Below, one piece after another: positions 32,001 through 42,941 of a stretch of DNA of 64,000 nucleotides. Made by a program: the position numbers and the translations under genes. The notes beneath the pieces were generated by a model that saw only the letters and a program-made list of their open reading frames with translations, ran no database searches and was not told the origin of the DNA. This DNA comes from Sedimentisphaerales bacterium (GTDB taxonomy: Bacteria; Planctomycetota; Phycisphaerae; Sedimentisphaerales; SM23-30). Where the stretch lies: assembly GCA_963663965.2 (NCBI GenBank), contig CAXXFK010000028.1, positions 1 through 64,000 of the forward strand, written 5' to 3'. Each line of letters begins with the position of its first letter. Positions within the stretch are counted from its first letter, which is position 1.

Positions 32001-33553
32001 TAAGTAGGTATGACCCATATGAACCTCAGTTAGATGAATCATACAATATCGAAACAGTTGATATGTTATTCAATCTGGATCCATCATCCGGGGTTATGAG
32101 CTTTTTAAAAGCGGTTGAAGATATTGTAGGATTGCTTTCGCAGGAAACAGCTAATGAACTCTTAATTAATTATGAGTCATCTAAAGTGTCTACAAATATG
32201 AACATTTTTCAGTTTGCTATTTTGCTCGAACTATCGTATCAGTGTGGTGATATGGAAAGGTTGAGTAAATATGCATTAGAATGTTATAATATCATGCCGG
32301 AGGACCACGTTGTTTTTCAGTATCTGAATGAACGTATGGCTATGTGTGGCAGGGTAGATTTACTTGTTGATGCGATGAGTAAATATTTAGATCAACATCC
32401 AGAAGGAAATACTTTTTTCTGGCGTTATCTGTTTCGTCTTTCGTGCAGTATAGGTAACTATAAATTAGCTGAATATGCCCTAAGAGATGAAGCTTCTACT
32501 CTTTATGTATTAAATTCCATTTACCTCGAGTATGCCAGGGACGATCGTGACAAACTTAAGCAGTTATTCAGAAAAGCGATTGTTGACACAAGGTGTTCTT
32601 ATGAAAAACGGAATTACAAATGGGTAGATTGGCAGGAGAAAGGTGGTATATCTGGTTATCTTGACAGCAAAGAATATAAACTTTTTGGCTTTCTGGCTAC
32701 CTGTCAGTGTCTAAAGGATGATTTTCTTCGTTATGCGAAAGGAATGAGTAATGATCTTGTTTACGATGAAGTTTTCAGCGATTTTATTCAGAATGAGAAA
32801 ATTCCCCCAGAAGGTAATAGTTTTGTTGATATAATGGAGATGTTGATAAAGTGGAATGGGGATAATGATGGAAGTATCTATCAGTCTTTTTCCAATTGGT
32901 TAGAAAGTAATCCTTCACAGGAAGAAAAAGCGGCTGTCGTTAGTATTATATCATCTAGTGATTCTATACTCTTTGTTGATAAATTTTATGAGTTGAAACT
33001 TCGTCTATTGTATTTGGCTGGCGATAAAGATGGTGTTGCTAATTGTGTGAATTGGATAGTTTCATCAATATACAGTGAGTATAGCCCAGACTTGTCAGTG
33101 CAGATTATTAAATACTACCTTATGGTTGGTGATGAAACTGGCTTGGAGAGAAATGTCCTAAGATTGCTGACTGCAAATGACTTAAAAATCCCGACGGTGA
33201 AGCCTGGTAATCTATTGCAGATAGAAGATGAGTTAGTTAAGAATAAGGCTGATCTGATCGATAGAGCTGCTGAAATTACCCTGGATTATTATAATAATAA
33301 CCCGGAATCAAGCAGCAGAGCTGTAAAGTATTTATCAATGCTTACTGTATTGAAATATAAGGCTGGCGGCAGCTGTTGGGATCTTTTAGATAAGCTGAAT
33401 GGCCTTTCTGGTGCTTATGTTGAGTTGAGACTCTGGTACCTTGATGTATTGACATTGTGCGGCTATACCAGGGAAGCTGAAAATGAGTATAATTCATTAC
33501 GTGCCAAAGGAGTAATGCCTTATAGCCGGTTAAAAAATGGAGGCATTAAATAG
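26014..33553 (+). CDS. Giant (~2500 aa) double-vWA / GATase-like / TM / TPR protein (apparent +1 error at ~26647-26651)
   Basis: YLIDVSSSV vWA1; FIIDTSGSM...GGGT...LISDG vWA2 with intact MIDAS; PLLTFSLYGLGKS; two TM helices; very long TPR-like tail. ORFs 26014-26664 and 26570-33553 join as QLP-AVVGEA. Confidence 0.78.
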
Positions 33554-33575
33554 TTCCATTTTTGTTTTTCCAAAA

Positions 33576-36500
33576 CTAATCAGAAAACTGCTGAATGTCA
33601 TTTAATCTGTCTTTAGCGGTATCTGGCTGTTGCGGCATTATGACAGATTGAAGATCTTTCGCCAGAGTGTTGATCTGGTCAATATAATTGTCCAGCCGCT
33701 CAATAGTATTTTCGTTAATGTTATTTTGTTCCTTCAGCAGGTTTTCCAGCTCGTTTAGGTTGTCCTTTATGTCACATGCACCTATATTGCCCATACTACC
33801 TTTTAAGGTATGGATGAGTTTGCTTGTTGTTTCAAGGTCATATTCGTGAGCCGCTTTGTCTAGTTCATTTAGTTGAGAAGGAGTTGATGTGACCATTTTT
33901 TCCAGTATCTTAATAAATCTTTCCTTGTCGCCGCCTGCATATTTTATGCCGTCTATGGTATTGATGCTGGGAATTTTAGCCAGGGAATCTATTATGCTTT
34001 TATCTGATTTTTCCTTGTTCTTATTATTCAAATGCTTTTCAAGTATCTTGTAAAGCAGGTTTGGATTTATAGGCTTTGATAAATGATCATTCATCCCGGC
34101 ATTGATACTGTTTTCTATGTCTTCTGGCATGACATGTGCCGTCATGGCAATGATAGGTACGATCTTGGCCGCATCATTGTTACTATTTCTAATGTTGTTT
34201 GCAGCCTGGTAGCCGTTCATTTCCGGCATTTCAACATCCATTAAAATAATATCAAATTCGGACTGTCTAAATTGTTCCAGTGCCTCAATGCCATTTTGAG
34301 CAGTTGTTATCTGTATACCGGTTTTAGCCAGCATATTGATGATGATCTCCTGGTTGAGTTCCTGATCTTCAACAAGCAGCATTTTGTATTTTGACAGTTC
34401 AGGTATGACCTTCTCTTTTTTAGCCGGTTGCGTATATCCTGAAAGGTTGAATGCTTTTCTGATCTGAGAGATAAGGTTCTGTGGTATTATTGGTTTATTC
34501 AATACTGCAACAAAACCGGCATTCAGACATTTCTGAATTACACTGTCCTTATTGTAAGATGTTACTGCAATTAGAATGGGTTTTTTATACTGGGTTGATT
34601 CCTGGATTTCAAGAGCAGTTTCTATACCATTACGTTTTGGCATATTCCAGTCAATAATAGCCAGGTCATAGATCTTTTCGCTATTAGTAAGAATGTCAAT
34701 TACTTCATCGCCATTTTCAGCAATAGTAACATTGAAACCGGCATCGATTACCATTTCGCTGATAATTTCAAGTGAAGTGTGATTGTCATCAGCGATAATG
34801 GCATTTTTGCCGGTAAGTTCCGGAATCTGGTTTGAGCTCTTTGGTTCCTGGTTTTCCGGTATTTCAAAAGGCAGCTCAACTGTGAAGCATGTACCTTTTT
34901 TAACTTCACTTTCAACCTTAATTGTTCCACCCATTAGTTCTGTGAGTTGTTTGCATATGTTTAGGCCCAGACCAGTTCCTCCGAACTGTCTGCTGGTTGA
35001 TTTTTCGGCCTGAATATATGGTTGGAATAGCTTTGCGATGCTTTCCTGTTTAATACCGATTCCTGTATCAGTTACTTTGAAACATATGTTAATAACAGTA
35101 TCTGTTCTGCTGAATACCTCTGCTGAAATCGTTATGTCGCCATGAAGAGTGAACTTGATAGAATTGCTTAATAAGTTTGTCAGGATCTGAGATATTCTCA
35201 GTGGGTCGCCAATAAGCCTTTCTGGTATACCAGGTTCGATCTTAACATGCAGCTCAACGTCATTGTCTTCTGTACCTATTGCCAAAATAGAAGCGTTATT
35301 ATACATTAGATCTGCAATAGAAAACTCAATATTTTCAATTGTAAGCTTATTTTCTTCTATCTTGCTGATATCAAGTATATCGTTAACTATTTTAAGTAGC
35401 GAACTTGAAGCATGTTCTATTTTATGTAAGAAATTATGTTGGATCTCATCCAGGCATGTTTCCTGCATAAGGTGTGTCATGCCGATTACTACATTTATTG
35501 GTGTTCGGATCTCATGGCTCATGGTTGCCAGGAACTGGGCTTTAGCCTTGGCAGCAGCCTCGATCTCTTTCTGCTCAATCTCTTTCTGTTCTCGTTCTTT
35601 AATATCGGTTACATCAATCGCAATCCCAAGTACGCTTTCCAGACTGCCATCTTCATTATAAAATGATTCCCAGCTATTATTCATGTGTTTAATTTGGCCA
35701 TGAATGATGGATTTATGGTAGATGTTCCCTGTTGGCCTTAGACCGCTGACTACCTGTCTGAACATTTGGGTCATCTTCTGATGGTCATCTGGGTGGGTAA
35801 ATGATAAAATATCTTCCAGAGTCAAAATTCCATCAATATGATTTTCTCCCCATATTGACCTGGTGTTTTGGATAATGATCTGTTTTTGGTCTGCATCGTA
35901 CTGCCAATAGCATATATGGGCAATATTGGCAGCCTGAAGAAGAAGCTGTTCTCTGCTGGAAAGTTCATTTTCCAGCTGCATTCTTTCTGTTATATCCTGT
36001 ATTACACCTATATATATAGGATTGTTATTTTTGTCCATTGTTAGTCTGGTTGTACTGGATATTGTTTTTATTGTTTTCCCATCCTGGTCTATTATGGTAT
36101 TTGTGTCTTCAATATGGTCGCCTACAACTTTGAGCCTTTCAATGTTATTATAGAAGTATTCTGGATTACCCAGTTTCGCCAAAATAGTTTCAACATTTGT
36201 CAGTCCCTTTTCTGGATATGGCAGGTTGAATATGTCAAAGAATCCTTGTGATGCTCTACCGATATTATTGTCTGGAAACAGCTGCCAGTTGCCTATCTTG
36301 GCCAGTTCCTGTGCGTCTATTAGCTGATCATTTATGTCTTTAAGCTCTATTTCAAATTCTTTCATCGTAGTTATATTTGACATAAATACACCAATACGAA
36401 GGACTTCTCCTGATAGATCTTTCTCTAATATATTGGCTCTGGCGTAGAACCATTGAGGAATGTCTGAAAATTGTAATTTGATTTCAAACGATGATGAATC

Positions 36501-38249
36501 CTGGTACTTATATAGTATCTGGTGCAGTTCAAATTCAGCATCATGTTTGTCAAGCTTTGACACATACTTCCAGAAAGAATCAATGTCAATTTTTGTTTTC
36601 TGGTTATCATGCATTCCCTGGCATTCCCAGAAATGTGAATCGACTTCAATACACTGTTCTTTAATGTTCCAGCTCCAGTAACAGCTTTTGCCTACAGACA
36701 GAGCTATGTCCAAAAGATTGTTTTTTTCTTTTATCAAATTGGATGTTCTGGCTTTTTCTGTTATGTCTACTACAATAAAAACTGATGATGGAATTTCGTA
36801 GATATTATCCTTTAGTGGTTTTGTAATTCCAACATATTTTTTACCCTCAAAGTCAAATTCCAGTTCAATGATTCTGTCGTTCTGCACTGAATTGACAACA
36901 GCTTCTATGATCTTTTCTTTATTTTTTGTGATCGGATAATTGAGGTCTCCGCTATATTCACTATTTGATACAAGTATTTTACCGTTTGAGCCTATAATGC
37001 CGCACCAGAGCGGCAGGGATGACATGATGGCAGAGCTTTCTTTGCTTTGCTGTATTTGCAGGTTTTTTACCTTTTTATATCTTTTTATATATATAGTTAT
37101 AGCAAAAAGAGAAATAGATAGTGCTGCAATAACAATTGATAATATCCATATTAAAACAACAACTGGTTTTGGTAATGGTATTGGAGTATTAATAAGCAAG
37201 GCATTATTTGGGATGTTTTTGGGATTTATTTTCCATTTTTTTAGGGTTTTATAATTGAGTTTAGCGATTTGTTCCGGCACAATAACAGGTGGTATTGATT
37301 TATTGTTGGATTCTAATATCTCGACAATTTGTTTTACAACAGATTCTGCCTGAACATCAGCTGTTGCTATCATTCCGCCTGCCAGACCAAATTCAATTCC
37401 AAAGTCTGTATTTGTAAATATTGGAGCATTGCAATTCTTAATTAATTTAGGGTACATCTTACTTTGGCTAAAATATGTCCCAGAACTATCGTATAGCCAT
37501 ACACCAAGTATAACAATGCTGTCAGGAGGTATTATACTTACCTGTTTCAGCATGTCATATGTTGTTATAGATGAACCATTTATATTATGGAAATTCAGGC
37601 TTTTGTATTCTGATCTTAACTTAGGAATTACAGATGTTCTATATATGCTGCCAATTTGAGAATTGTCCGTGATATATATAATATTTTTCGTGTTTGGAAA
37701 TAGATTTAAGGCAAGTTTGATCGTAGGGTTTATATTAACGCTTTGAACAACCCCTGTAATGTTTGGATAATCCTTAATGTCATATGGTTCATATCCGCTT
37801 ACACCGCAAAATACAATTGGTATTGATAGTGGATTTTCCTTTAGGTATTCAAGTATACCTAAATAGGCGCCATCGTCATTGACAATAATAGCATCTATGT
37901 GCAGGTTTAGATAATGTTTTAATATTGACCTGATAACATTTTGTGAGCTCTGAGTGTTTTTAACTCTTAGCGTGTCAAGGTTTGTAATGTATATTTCGAA
38001 ATCAGTTTCGTATTTATTGAAGTTTCGTTGAATTGCACTTGTGAGCATATCGCTCCACTCAAAGCCAATATGGTAAGAGTTGATGATAAGTATTTTTTGA
38101 GTGCTATCGTTGTTGTCATTTAAGCTGTATTTGGTATTAAGATCACTTACCGTTATGTTGCTTGCATTGCTTACTGCATAAATAGCCGTATTGACGGCAT
38201 GAAGCAGTATGAAGCTTAATAATAGGATGTATTTATATGTATATTTCAT
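33576..38249 (-). CDS. Hybrid sensor histidine kinase (periplasmic ABC-SBP-like sensor, PAS domains, HisKA, HATPase, 2 REC, Hpt)
   Basis: ATMSHEIRTP, QILTNLLSNSIKFT, DTGIGI, GGTGLGL, IIDWNMP, LMDVEMP, HTLKGSMGNIGA. Confidence 0.93.
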   Translation of the reverse strand: MKYTYKYILLLSFILLHAVNTAIYAVSNASNITVSDLNTKYSLNDNNDSTQKILIINSYHIGFEWSDMLTSAIQRNFNKYETDFEIYITNLDTLRVKNTQSSQNVIRSILKHYLNLHIDAIIVNDDGAYLGILEYLKENPLSIPIVFCGVSGYEPYDIKDYPNITGVVQSVNINPTIKLALNLFPNTKNIIYITDNSQIGSIYRTSVIPKLRSEYKSLNFHNINGSSITTYDMLKQVSIIPPDSIVILGVWLYDSSGTYFSQSKMYPKLIKNCNAPIFTNTDFGIEFGLAGGMIATADVQAESVVKQIVEILESNNKSIPPVIVPEQIAKLNYKTLKKWKINPKNIPNNALLINTPIPLPKPVVVLIWILSIVIAALSISLFAITIYIKRYKKVKNLQIQQSKESSAIMSSLPLWCGIIGSNGKILVSNSEYSGDLNYPITKNKEKIIEAVVNSVQNDRIIELEFDFEGKKYVGITKPLKDNIYEIPSSVFIVVDITEKARTSNLIKEKNNLLDIALSVGKSCYWSWNIKEQCIEVDSHFWECQGMHDNQKTKIDIDSFWKYVSKLDKHDAEFELHQILYKYQDSSSFEIKLQFSDIPQWFYARANILEKDLSGEVLRIGVFMSNITTMKEFEIELKDINDQLIDAQELAKIGNWQLFPDNNIGRASQGFFDIFNLPYPEKGLTNVETILAKLGNPEYFYNNIERLKVVGDHIEDTNTIIDQDGKTIKTISSTTRLTMDKNNNPIYIGVIQDITERMQLENELSSREQLLLQAANIAHICYWQYDADQKQIIIQNTRSIWGENHIDGILTLEDILSFTHPDDHQKMTQMFRQVVSGLRPTGNIYHKSIIHGQIKHMNNSWESFYNEDGSLESVLGIAIDVTDIKEREQKEIEQKEIEAAAKAKAQFLATMSHEIRTPINVVIGMTHLMQETCLDEIQHNFLHKIEHASSSLLKIVNDILDISKIEENKLTIENIEFSIADLMYNNASILAIGTEDNDVELHVKIEPGIPERLIGDPLRISQILTNLLSNSIKFTLHGDITISAEVFSRTDTVINICFKVTDTGIGIKQESIAKLFQPYIQAEKSTSRQFGGTGLGLNICKQLTELMGGTIKVESEVKKGTCFTVELPFEIPENQEPKSSNQIPELTGKNAIIADDNHTSLEIISEMVIDAGFNVTIAENGDEVIDILTNSEKIYDLAIIDWNMPKRNGIETALEIQESTQYKKPILIAVTSYNKDSVIQKCLNAGFVAVLNKPIIPQNLISQIRKAFNLSGYTQPAKKEKVIPELSKYKMLLVEDQELNQEIIINMLAKTGIQITTAQNGIEALEQFRQSEFDIILMDVEMPEMNGYQAANNIRNSNNDAAKIVPIIAMTAHVMPEDIENSINAGMNDHLSKPINPNLLYKILEKHLNNKNKEKSDKSIIDSLAKIPSINTIDGIKYAGGDKERFIKILEKMVTSTPSQLNELDKAAHEYDLETTSKLIHTLKGSMGNIGACDIKDNLNELENLLKEQNNINENTIERLDNYIDQINTLAKDLQSVIMPQQPDTAKDRLNDIQQFSD

Positions 38250-38497
38250 TTTCCACCAATGACTAATATTAATTAATTCTGTATAGCTAATGTCGACATT
38301 TTTAGTTCTTGGGGAAAATATAATTCGGCGTGCTATTATTGTGAAAGATAATAAATATTTGCTATATTTCGTTAGTATTTATTATTTAATGTCTTATAGA
38401 AAGTATTGTTTTATATGATTTGGCACTAGAGTTGAAATATAGATTATTATTGGACTGAAAATATGAACTGATATAATTGTTCTGGCACATATAGCAC

Positions 38498-38530
38498 AAA
38501 AAAAACCTGTAGTTTTAGCTACAGGTTTTT
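38498..38530. terminator. Intrinsic terminator downstream of ahpC (symmetric)
   Basis: AAAAACCTGTAG / CTACAGGTTTTT stem. Confidence 0.8.
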
Positions 38531-38568
38531 GCAAAAATAATTAACTACAATATTATTTTTAATACTTT

Positions 38569-39150
38569 TTATGAAGCGAAATATTCTTTGAGACCATCGT
38601 TATCTGGCTTCATTGTTTTATCACCTTTGGTCCAGTTGGCCGGGCATACTTCGCCATGAGCTTCAAAATGCTGCAGGGCATCAACAACTCTGAGAGCTTC
38701 ATCAACACTTCTGCCAAGTGGAAGGTTGTTTACTACCTGATGCTGAACAATACCGTCTTTATCGATAAGGAAAAGGCCTCTTAGGGCAACGCCGGCATCT
38801 TCCAGCAGTACATCATAATCACGAGAAATGCTCTTGGTGATATCAGCTACCAGCGGATATTCAACTCCTTCGATTCCACCCTGTGATTTCGGTGTTGTTA
38901 CCCATGCAAAGTGAGAAAAATGTGAATCTACACTAACGCCGATAAGTTCAATGCCTTTGCTCTTAAATTCAGCATATTTGTCCTGAAACGCATGTAGCTC
39001 TGTTGGGCAAACAAAAGTAAAGTCAAGCGGCCAGAAGAAAAGAATTACATACTTCCCTTTATAGTCAGAAAGCTTTACGTTTTTGAACTGGCCACCAACA
39101 ACAGCTTGTGCATCAAAATCCGGTGCAGGCTTGTTAACTAAAACACCCAT
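38569..39150 (-). CDS. ahpC: Typical 2-Cys peroxiredoxin (AhpC/TSA)
   Basis: [11 protein letters not shown] and GEVCPANW. Confidence 0.95.
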   Translation of the reverse strand: MGVLVNKPAPDFDAQAVVGGQFKNVKLSDYKGKYVILFFWPLDFTFVCPTELHAFQDKYAEFKSKGIELIGVSVDSHFSHFAWVTTPKSQGGIEGVEYPLVADITKSISRDYDVLLEDAGVALRGLFLIDKDGIVQHQVVNNLPLGRSVDEALRVVDALQHFEAHGEVCPANWTKGDKTMKPDNDGLKEYFAS

Positions 39151-39457
39151 GTTAATTACTCCGTTTCTTTTAAGTTATGTTATTAAATTATCTATTACGT
39201 ACACAGTGTTCGTTTTATTATAGATGTGCAGAAGTTAGGAGGTCCAAAAAAAAATGTTTTTTTTATATTATTATATTTCTTTTGGTATCTTCTTAATTAG
39301 TAGTATCTTATAGTTAATTAAGGTTAGGTTTCTAAGTCTATCTGTTTTTGTAGACATGGAAGAAAACTGCAAAATCAACTTTTGCCTGGCTGTTGTTTTT
39401 CATGTGTACCTTATTGTGGTTATTTTAGGAGCTGACTGTGGATATAGTCTATTATTC

Positions 39458-39493
39458 TTGACAAATAATAGATTGGTACTACAATCAGTAGTA
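39458..39493 (+). promoter_or_regulatory. blaI promoter overlapped by a BlaI-type operator
   Basis: TTGACA (39458)-16-TACAAT; palindrome TACTAC-AATCA-GTAGTA at 39477-39493. Confidence 0.7.
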
Positions 39494-39557
39494 TTAATGA
39501 CGATACACAATTTTGGACATTGTTGCAGGGTTGTTGGTAAAAGAATAGCAGAGAACT

Positions 39558-40088
39558 ATGGCAGTAAAAAATAAAACAATAAGTGACCTTGGTGAGCTTC
39601 AGCGGACAGTTATGGAGATAATCTGGGAGCAGAAGCAGGCTACAGTTAAGGATGTTCTGGAAGTAGTTTCCAGCAGGCGGAAATCGCCGCCTGCTTATAC
39701 GACGATCTTAACTGTAATGCAGAAGTTGGAAAAAGCCGGTTTTATCAGGCATATTAAGCAGCGAAATAGCAGTAGCGATGATATCGCTGTTGTTGATGCC
39801 GGCAATCAGTCTGCCAAAAAGAGGGCTTATAAATATGAGCCGGTTAGAACCAGGGAATATGAGCAGTCTCGAGCCTTGCGGGACTTTATCGAAACAGTAT
39901 GGACGGAAAAGGAGCTGCTCGAAAGTGATGGTCAGTCTGGAGATTCGCTGGAGTCGTTCTCGCGTTTAACTGCTACCAGGGCGAAAGTTCTACTGTTCAA
40001 GTATTTGTTGGACGATGAGTTGTTAAGTAAAGAACAGCTTATGGAAATAAAGGTAAAACTGGATAGGAAACTGGAAGGCAAGAAGTGA
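39558..40088 (+). CDS. BlaI/MecI/CopY-family transcriptional repressor
   Basis: LGELQRTVMEIIWE...ATVKDV...AYTTILTVMQKLEKAGFI...RAYKYEP. Confidence 0.9.
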   Translation: MAVKNKTISDLGELQRTVMEIIWEQKQATVKDVLEVVSSRRKSPPAYTTILTVMQKLEKAGFIRHIKQRNSSSDDIAVVDAGNQSAKKRAYKYEPVRTREYEQSRALRDFIETVWTEKELLESDGQSGDSLESFSRLTATRAKVLLFKYLLDDELLSKEQLMEIKVKLDRKLEGKK

Positions 40089-40147
40089 GCTTGTCCACAG
40101 ATTCGCATAGATTAAAATAGTGATTTCATAAATTATAGAGAGTTAAA

Positions 40148-41530
40148 ATGGCAAAGAATAAGAGCTGGCAGAGCCGTATGGCTGTTGAGCAGGATAAACT
40201 GGCAATACAGTTTGTAGAGTCGATCAGTTATGATAAACGTTTGTATCGGTATGATATTGATGGCAGTATCGCTCATGCCCAGATGCTGCAGGAGCAAGGG
40301 ATTCTGACTAAAAAAGAATTTGGTCAGATAAAAAAAGGGCTGAATGAGATAGCTGCTGAGATGGAGTCTGGCAAGTTCAAATATGATATTACCTGTGAAG
40401 ATATTCATATGGTTGTTGAGGCTGCCCTGATCAAGAAGATAGGTGATGTAGGCAAAAAGCTGCATACTGGCCGTAGCCGTAATGACCAGGTAGCACTTGA
40501 TATGAGACTATGGGCCAGGGATGAGGTCGATACCCTTTGTGAACTCCTTAAAGACTTGCAGAAGGCCCTGATCGAGCTGGCGGAAAAAGAAGGCGAGATC
40601 GTTATGCCTAGCTATACGCATCTGCAGAGGGCTCAGCCTGTTGTTTCCGGGCATTACCTGCTGGCATATGTAGAAATGTTCGAGCGTGACCGTCAGAGGC
40701 TGCTGGATGCTCGTAAGCGGATAAATGTTTCACCAATCGGAAGTGGTGCCGTTGCCGGCAGCACACTGGCTCTGAATCGTAAGCGTACTGCCGAATTGCT
40801 TGATTTCCCAGCGGTGACAAGAAACAGTATTGATAGTATAAGTGACAGGGATTTCTGTCTTGAACTGACATTCTGTTGCTCTACAGCTGCTATGCATTTA
40901 TCGCGTATTGCCGAAGACTGGATCATCTATATGACAGAAGAGTTCGGCTTTATTAAGATATCTGATGCCTTTTGTACCAGCAGCAGTATGATGCCGCAGA
41001 AGCGTAACCCTGATATGCTTGAGCTTATTCGTGGTAAGACAGGTCGTGTTTACGGTGCTCTTGTTTCTCTTTTGACTGTGATGAAGGCACAGCCGCTATC
41101 CTACAACCGTGATATGCAGGAAGATAAAGAGCAGATGTTTGATGCTGTAGATACTCTAAGGGCATCACTTACTATTATGGCAGCTATGGCGAGAAATACC
41201 AGCTTTAAGGCAGAAAAGATATCTGATGGCCTTGATAGAGGATTTCTGGATGCTACTGCTTTGGCTGAGTACTTTGTTTCATGCGGTATGCCTTTCAGAC
41301 AGTCACACCAGGTTGTAGGTAAATTGGTGGCTAAGTGTGAGAATGCTGGTATTAAGCTGGCAGAACTGCCGCTTGAAGATTTTACGGCAGAGTGGAAGAA
41401 TGTGACAAAGGATGTTTACAAGAGCCTTGATCCGGTAAATGTTGCAAAGTCATATAAGTCTGATGGTGCCGGTGGTGTTAAGCAGTTGAATACGCAGCTT
41501 AAATACTGGAAAAAGCAAATGGGTAAATAA
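40148..41530 (+). CDS. argH: Argininosuccinate lyase
   Basis: HTGRSRNDQV, YTHLQRAQP, SSMMPQKRNPD, YNRDMQEDKE. Confidence 0.97.
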   Translation: MAKNKSWQSRMAVEQDKLAIQFVESISYDKRLYRYDIDGSIAHAQMLQEQGILTKKEFGQIKKGLNEIAAEMESGKFKYDITCEDIHMVVEAALIKKIGDVGKKLHTGRSRNDQVALDMRLWARDEVDTLCELLKDLQKALIELAEKEGEIVMPSYTHLQRAQPVVSGHYLLAYVEMFERDRQRLLDARKRINVSPIGSGAVAGSTLALNRKRTAELLDFPAVTRNSIDSISDRDFCLELTFCCSTAAMHLSRIAEDWIIYMTEEFGFIKISDAFCTSSSMMPQKRNPDMLELIRGKTGRVYGALVSLLTVMKAQPLSYNRDMQEDKEQMFDAVDTLRASLTIMAAMARNTSFKAEKISDGLDRGFLDATALAEYFVSCGMPFRQSHQVVGKLVAKCENAGIKLAELPLEDFTAEWKNVTKDVYKSLDPVNVAKSYKSDGAGGVKQLNTQLKYWKKQMGK

Positions 41531-41657
41531 GTTACCATTAACAAATAGATAATTAGTATAAGGGTAGTAGGTTTTGCCTTCTAACCTTATACTAAAGTTT
41601 AGCAAAGTAGTTAGTATTGTGACATTGATTGTTTAATATTATCTGGAGAGATAATAA

Positions 41658-41972
41658 ATGCTTTTTGATCCGGAAAAAAGGGAGCACTTTCTCAATATAA
41701 CCAGTCACCAGCGTATTATTTTGATGACATATCCAGAGCTTTATAGTGACCCGGAAGTGTTTAGGCATGTCAGTATTGCCCTGAAGAATGTCGATGGTTA
41801 TAAAATACTGGTAAGTTATTTTGACCTGGAAGAGCTTGAGTCTGTAGCTATTGATATTATCCAGCGGGTCGATGACCATGAGATCGCAGTTGAAATGGAT
41901 AATCTTATCGAAGCTGTGTGGAATCGGGAAAAGTGTGTTGACCCGGATGCTGATGAAACAGGTAAAAGGTAA
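41658..41972 (+). CDS. Hypothetical acidic protein
   Basis: GGAG RBS, 104-codon ORF; no motif recognised. Confidence 0.7.
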   Translation: MLFDPEKREHFLNITSHQRIILMTYPELYSDPEVFRHVSIALKNVDGYKILVSYFDLEELESVAIDIIQRVDDHEIAVEMDNLIEAVWNREKCVDPDADETGKR

Positions 41973-41992
41973 AAGTTGATCCTCCTGATGAT

Positions 41993-42919
41993 TTATCTGG
42001 TTATTAGTTTTGGATTCACCAGCTGGTCATCGGTTAGGAACAGATATTGTCCACGGTAGGTTTTAGCCAGTTCAATCAGGTATCTTTCATTTTCCATTGT
42101 TCCGCAAAGGATGATATTTACAGTAGCGGGTGTTTTTCTTCTCTTTTGTATGCCTTTGACGGCCTGATCTATGATGGTATATTCGAAATCACCGTCGGTG
42201 AAGAGGTATATCATATTAGCTGATTTCTGATCGAAAGTCTGGCTGTCAAATCCATCACGAAGTGCCTTTAAGATCGGTCGCCATGATTCCATATTTGAAG
42301 GCACGGCCTGAACGCTTATCTTATTGATAAACTCTATTGCATTTTTACGGTTATAATATGATGCCCTGGTAAGAGAGCCTTCTGCAAAGCAAATTGGAAT
42401 ATCTGAAGCATAAAATATTATCTGGAAATACTGATTGGGGCCAAGTTTAGAGATAGATCTAATTAGTTCAGCCTTGATATAGTCGATCGCCATGACCATG
42501 CTGCCAGAGATGTCTACCACATAGCATATTTTATCACCCTGGCCAGAAGTACCAAAGAAGATGCTTTTAGGTGTAGTATTTGACTTAACTACCGATGGCA
42601 ATGTTGTTTTTACCGCGGTAGCCGGAACCACTACAGGGGCAATTGAAGCCTGAAATTGATCAAAACTGGCTTCTGGAAAATCCGGCATCGGCACAGCTGC
42701 TGAGTATGGAATATCGACAATCTCACTTTCGATCTCATTTTCTAGTTTGATGTTTTCCTGGGTAACACTTGCAATTCGTGCTGGCGGCTTATCATTATTG
42801 CTGCTCGTCAGTGTTTTGCTTGTAGTAATGAGCAGTACAGCAATAATAATCCCGTGCAGGATAAATGACACCAGCCAGCTGGTGCGATTAGCATTATTGT
42901 ATTTTGAGGCTAGTGCCAT
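41993..42919 (-). CDS. Membrane-anchored vWA domain protein
   Basis: SFILHGIII anchor, Pro-rich linker, FFG...ICYVVDISGSM, IYLFTDG, LIELAKTYRGQY. Confidence 0.85.
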   Translation of the reverse strand: MALASKYNNANRTSWLVSFILHGIIIAVLLITTSKTLTSSNNDKPPARIASVTQENIKLENEIESEIVDIPYSAAVPMPDFPEASFDQFQASIAPVVVPATAVKTTLPSVVKSNTTPKSIFFGTSGQGDKICYVVDISGSMVMAIDYIKAELIRSISKLGPNQYFQIIFYASDIPICFAEGSLTRASYYNRKNAIEFINKISVQAVPSNMESWRPILKALRDGFDSQTFDQKSANMIYLFTDGDFEYTIIDQAVKGIQKRRKTPATVNIILCGTMENERYLIELAKTYRGQYLFLTDDQLVNPKLITR

Positions 42920-42941
42920 AAGTTTTCAGTGAACGATTCCT

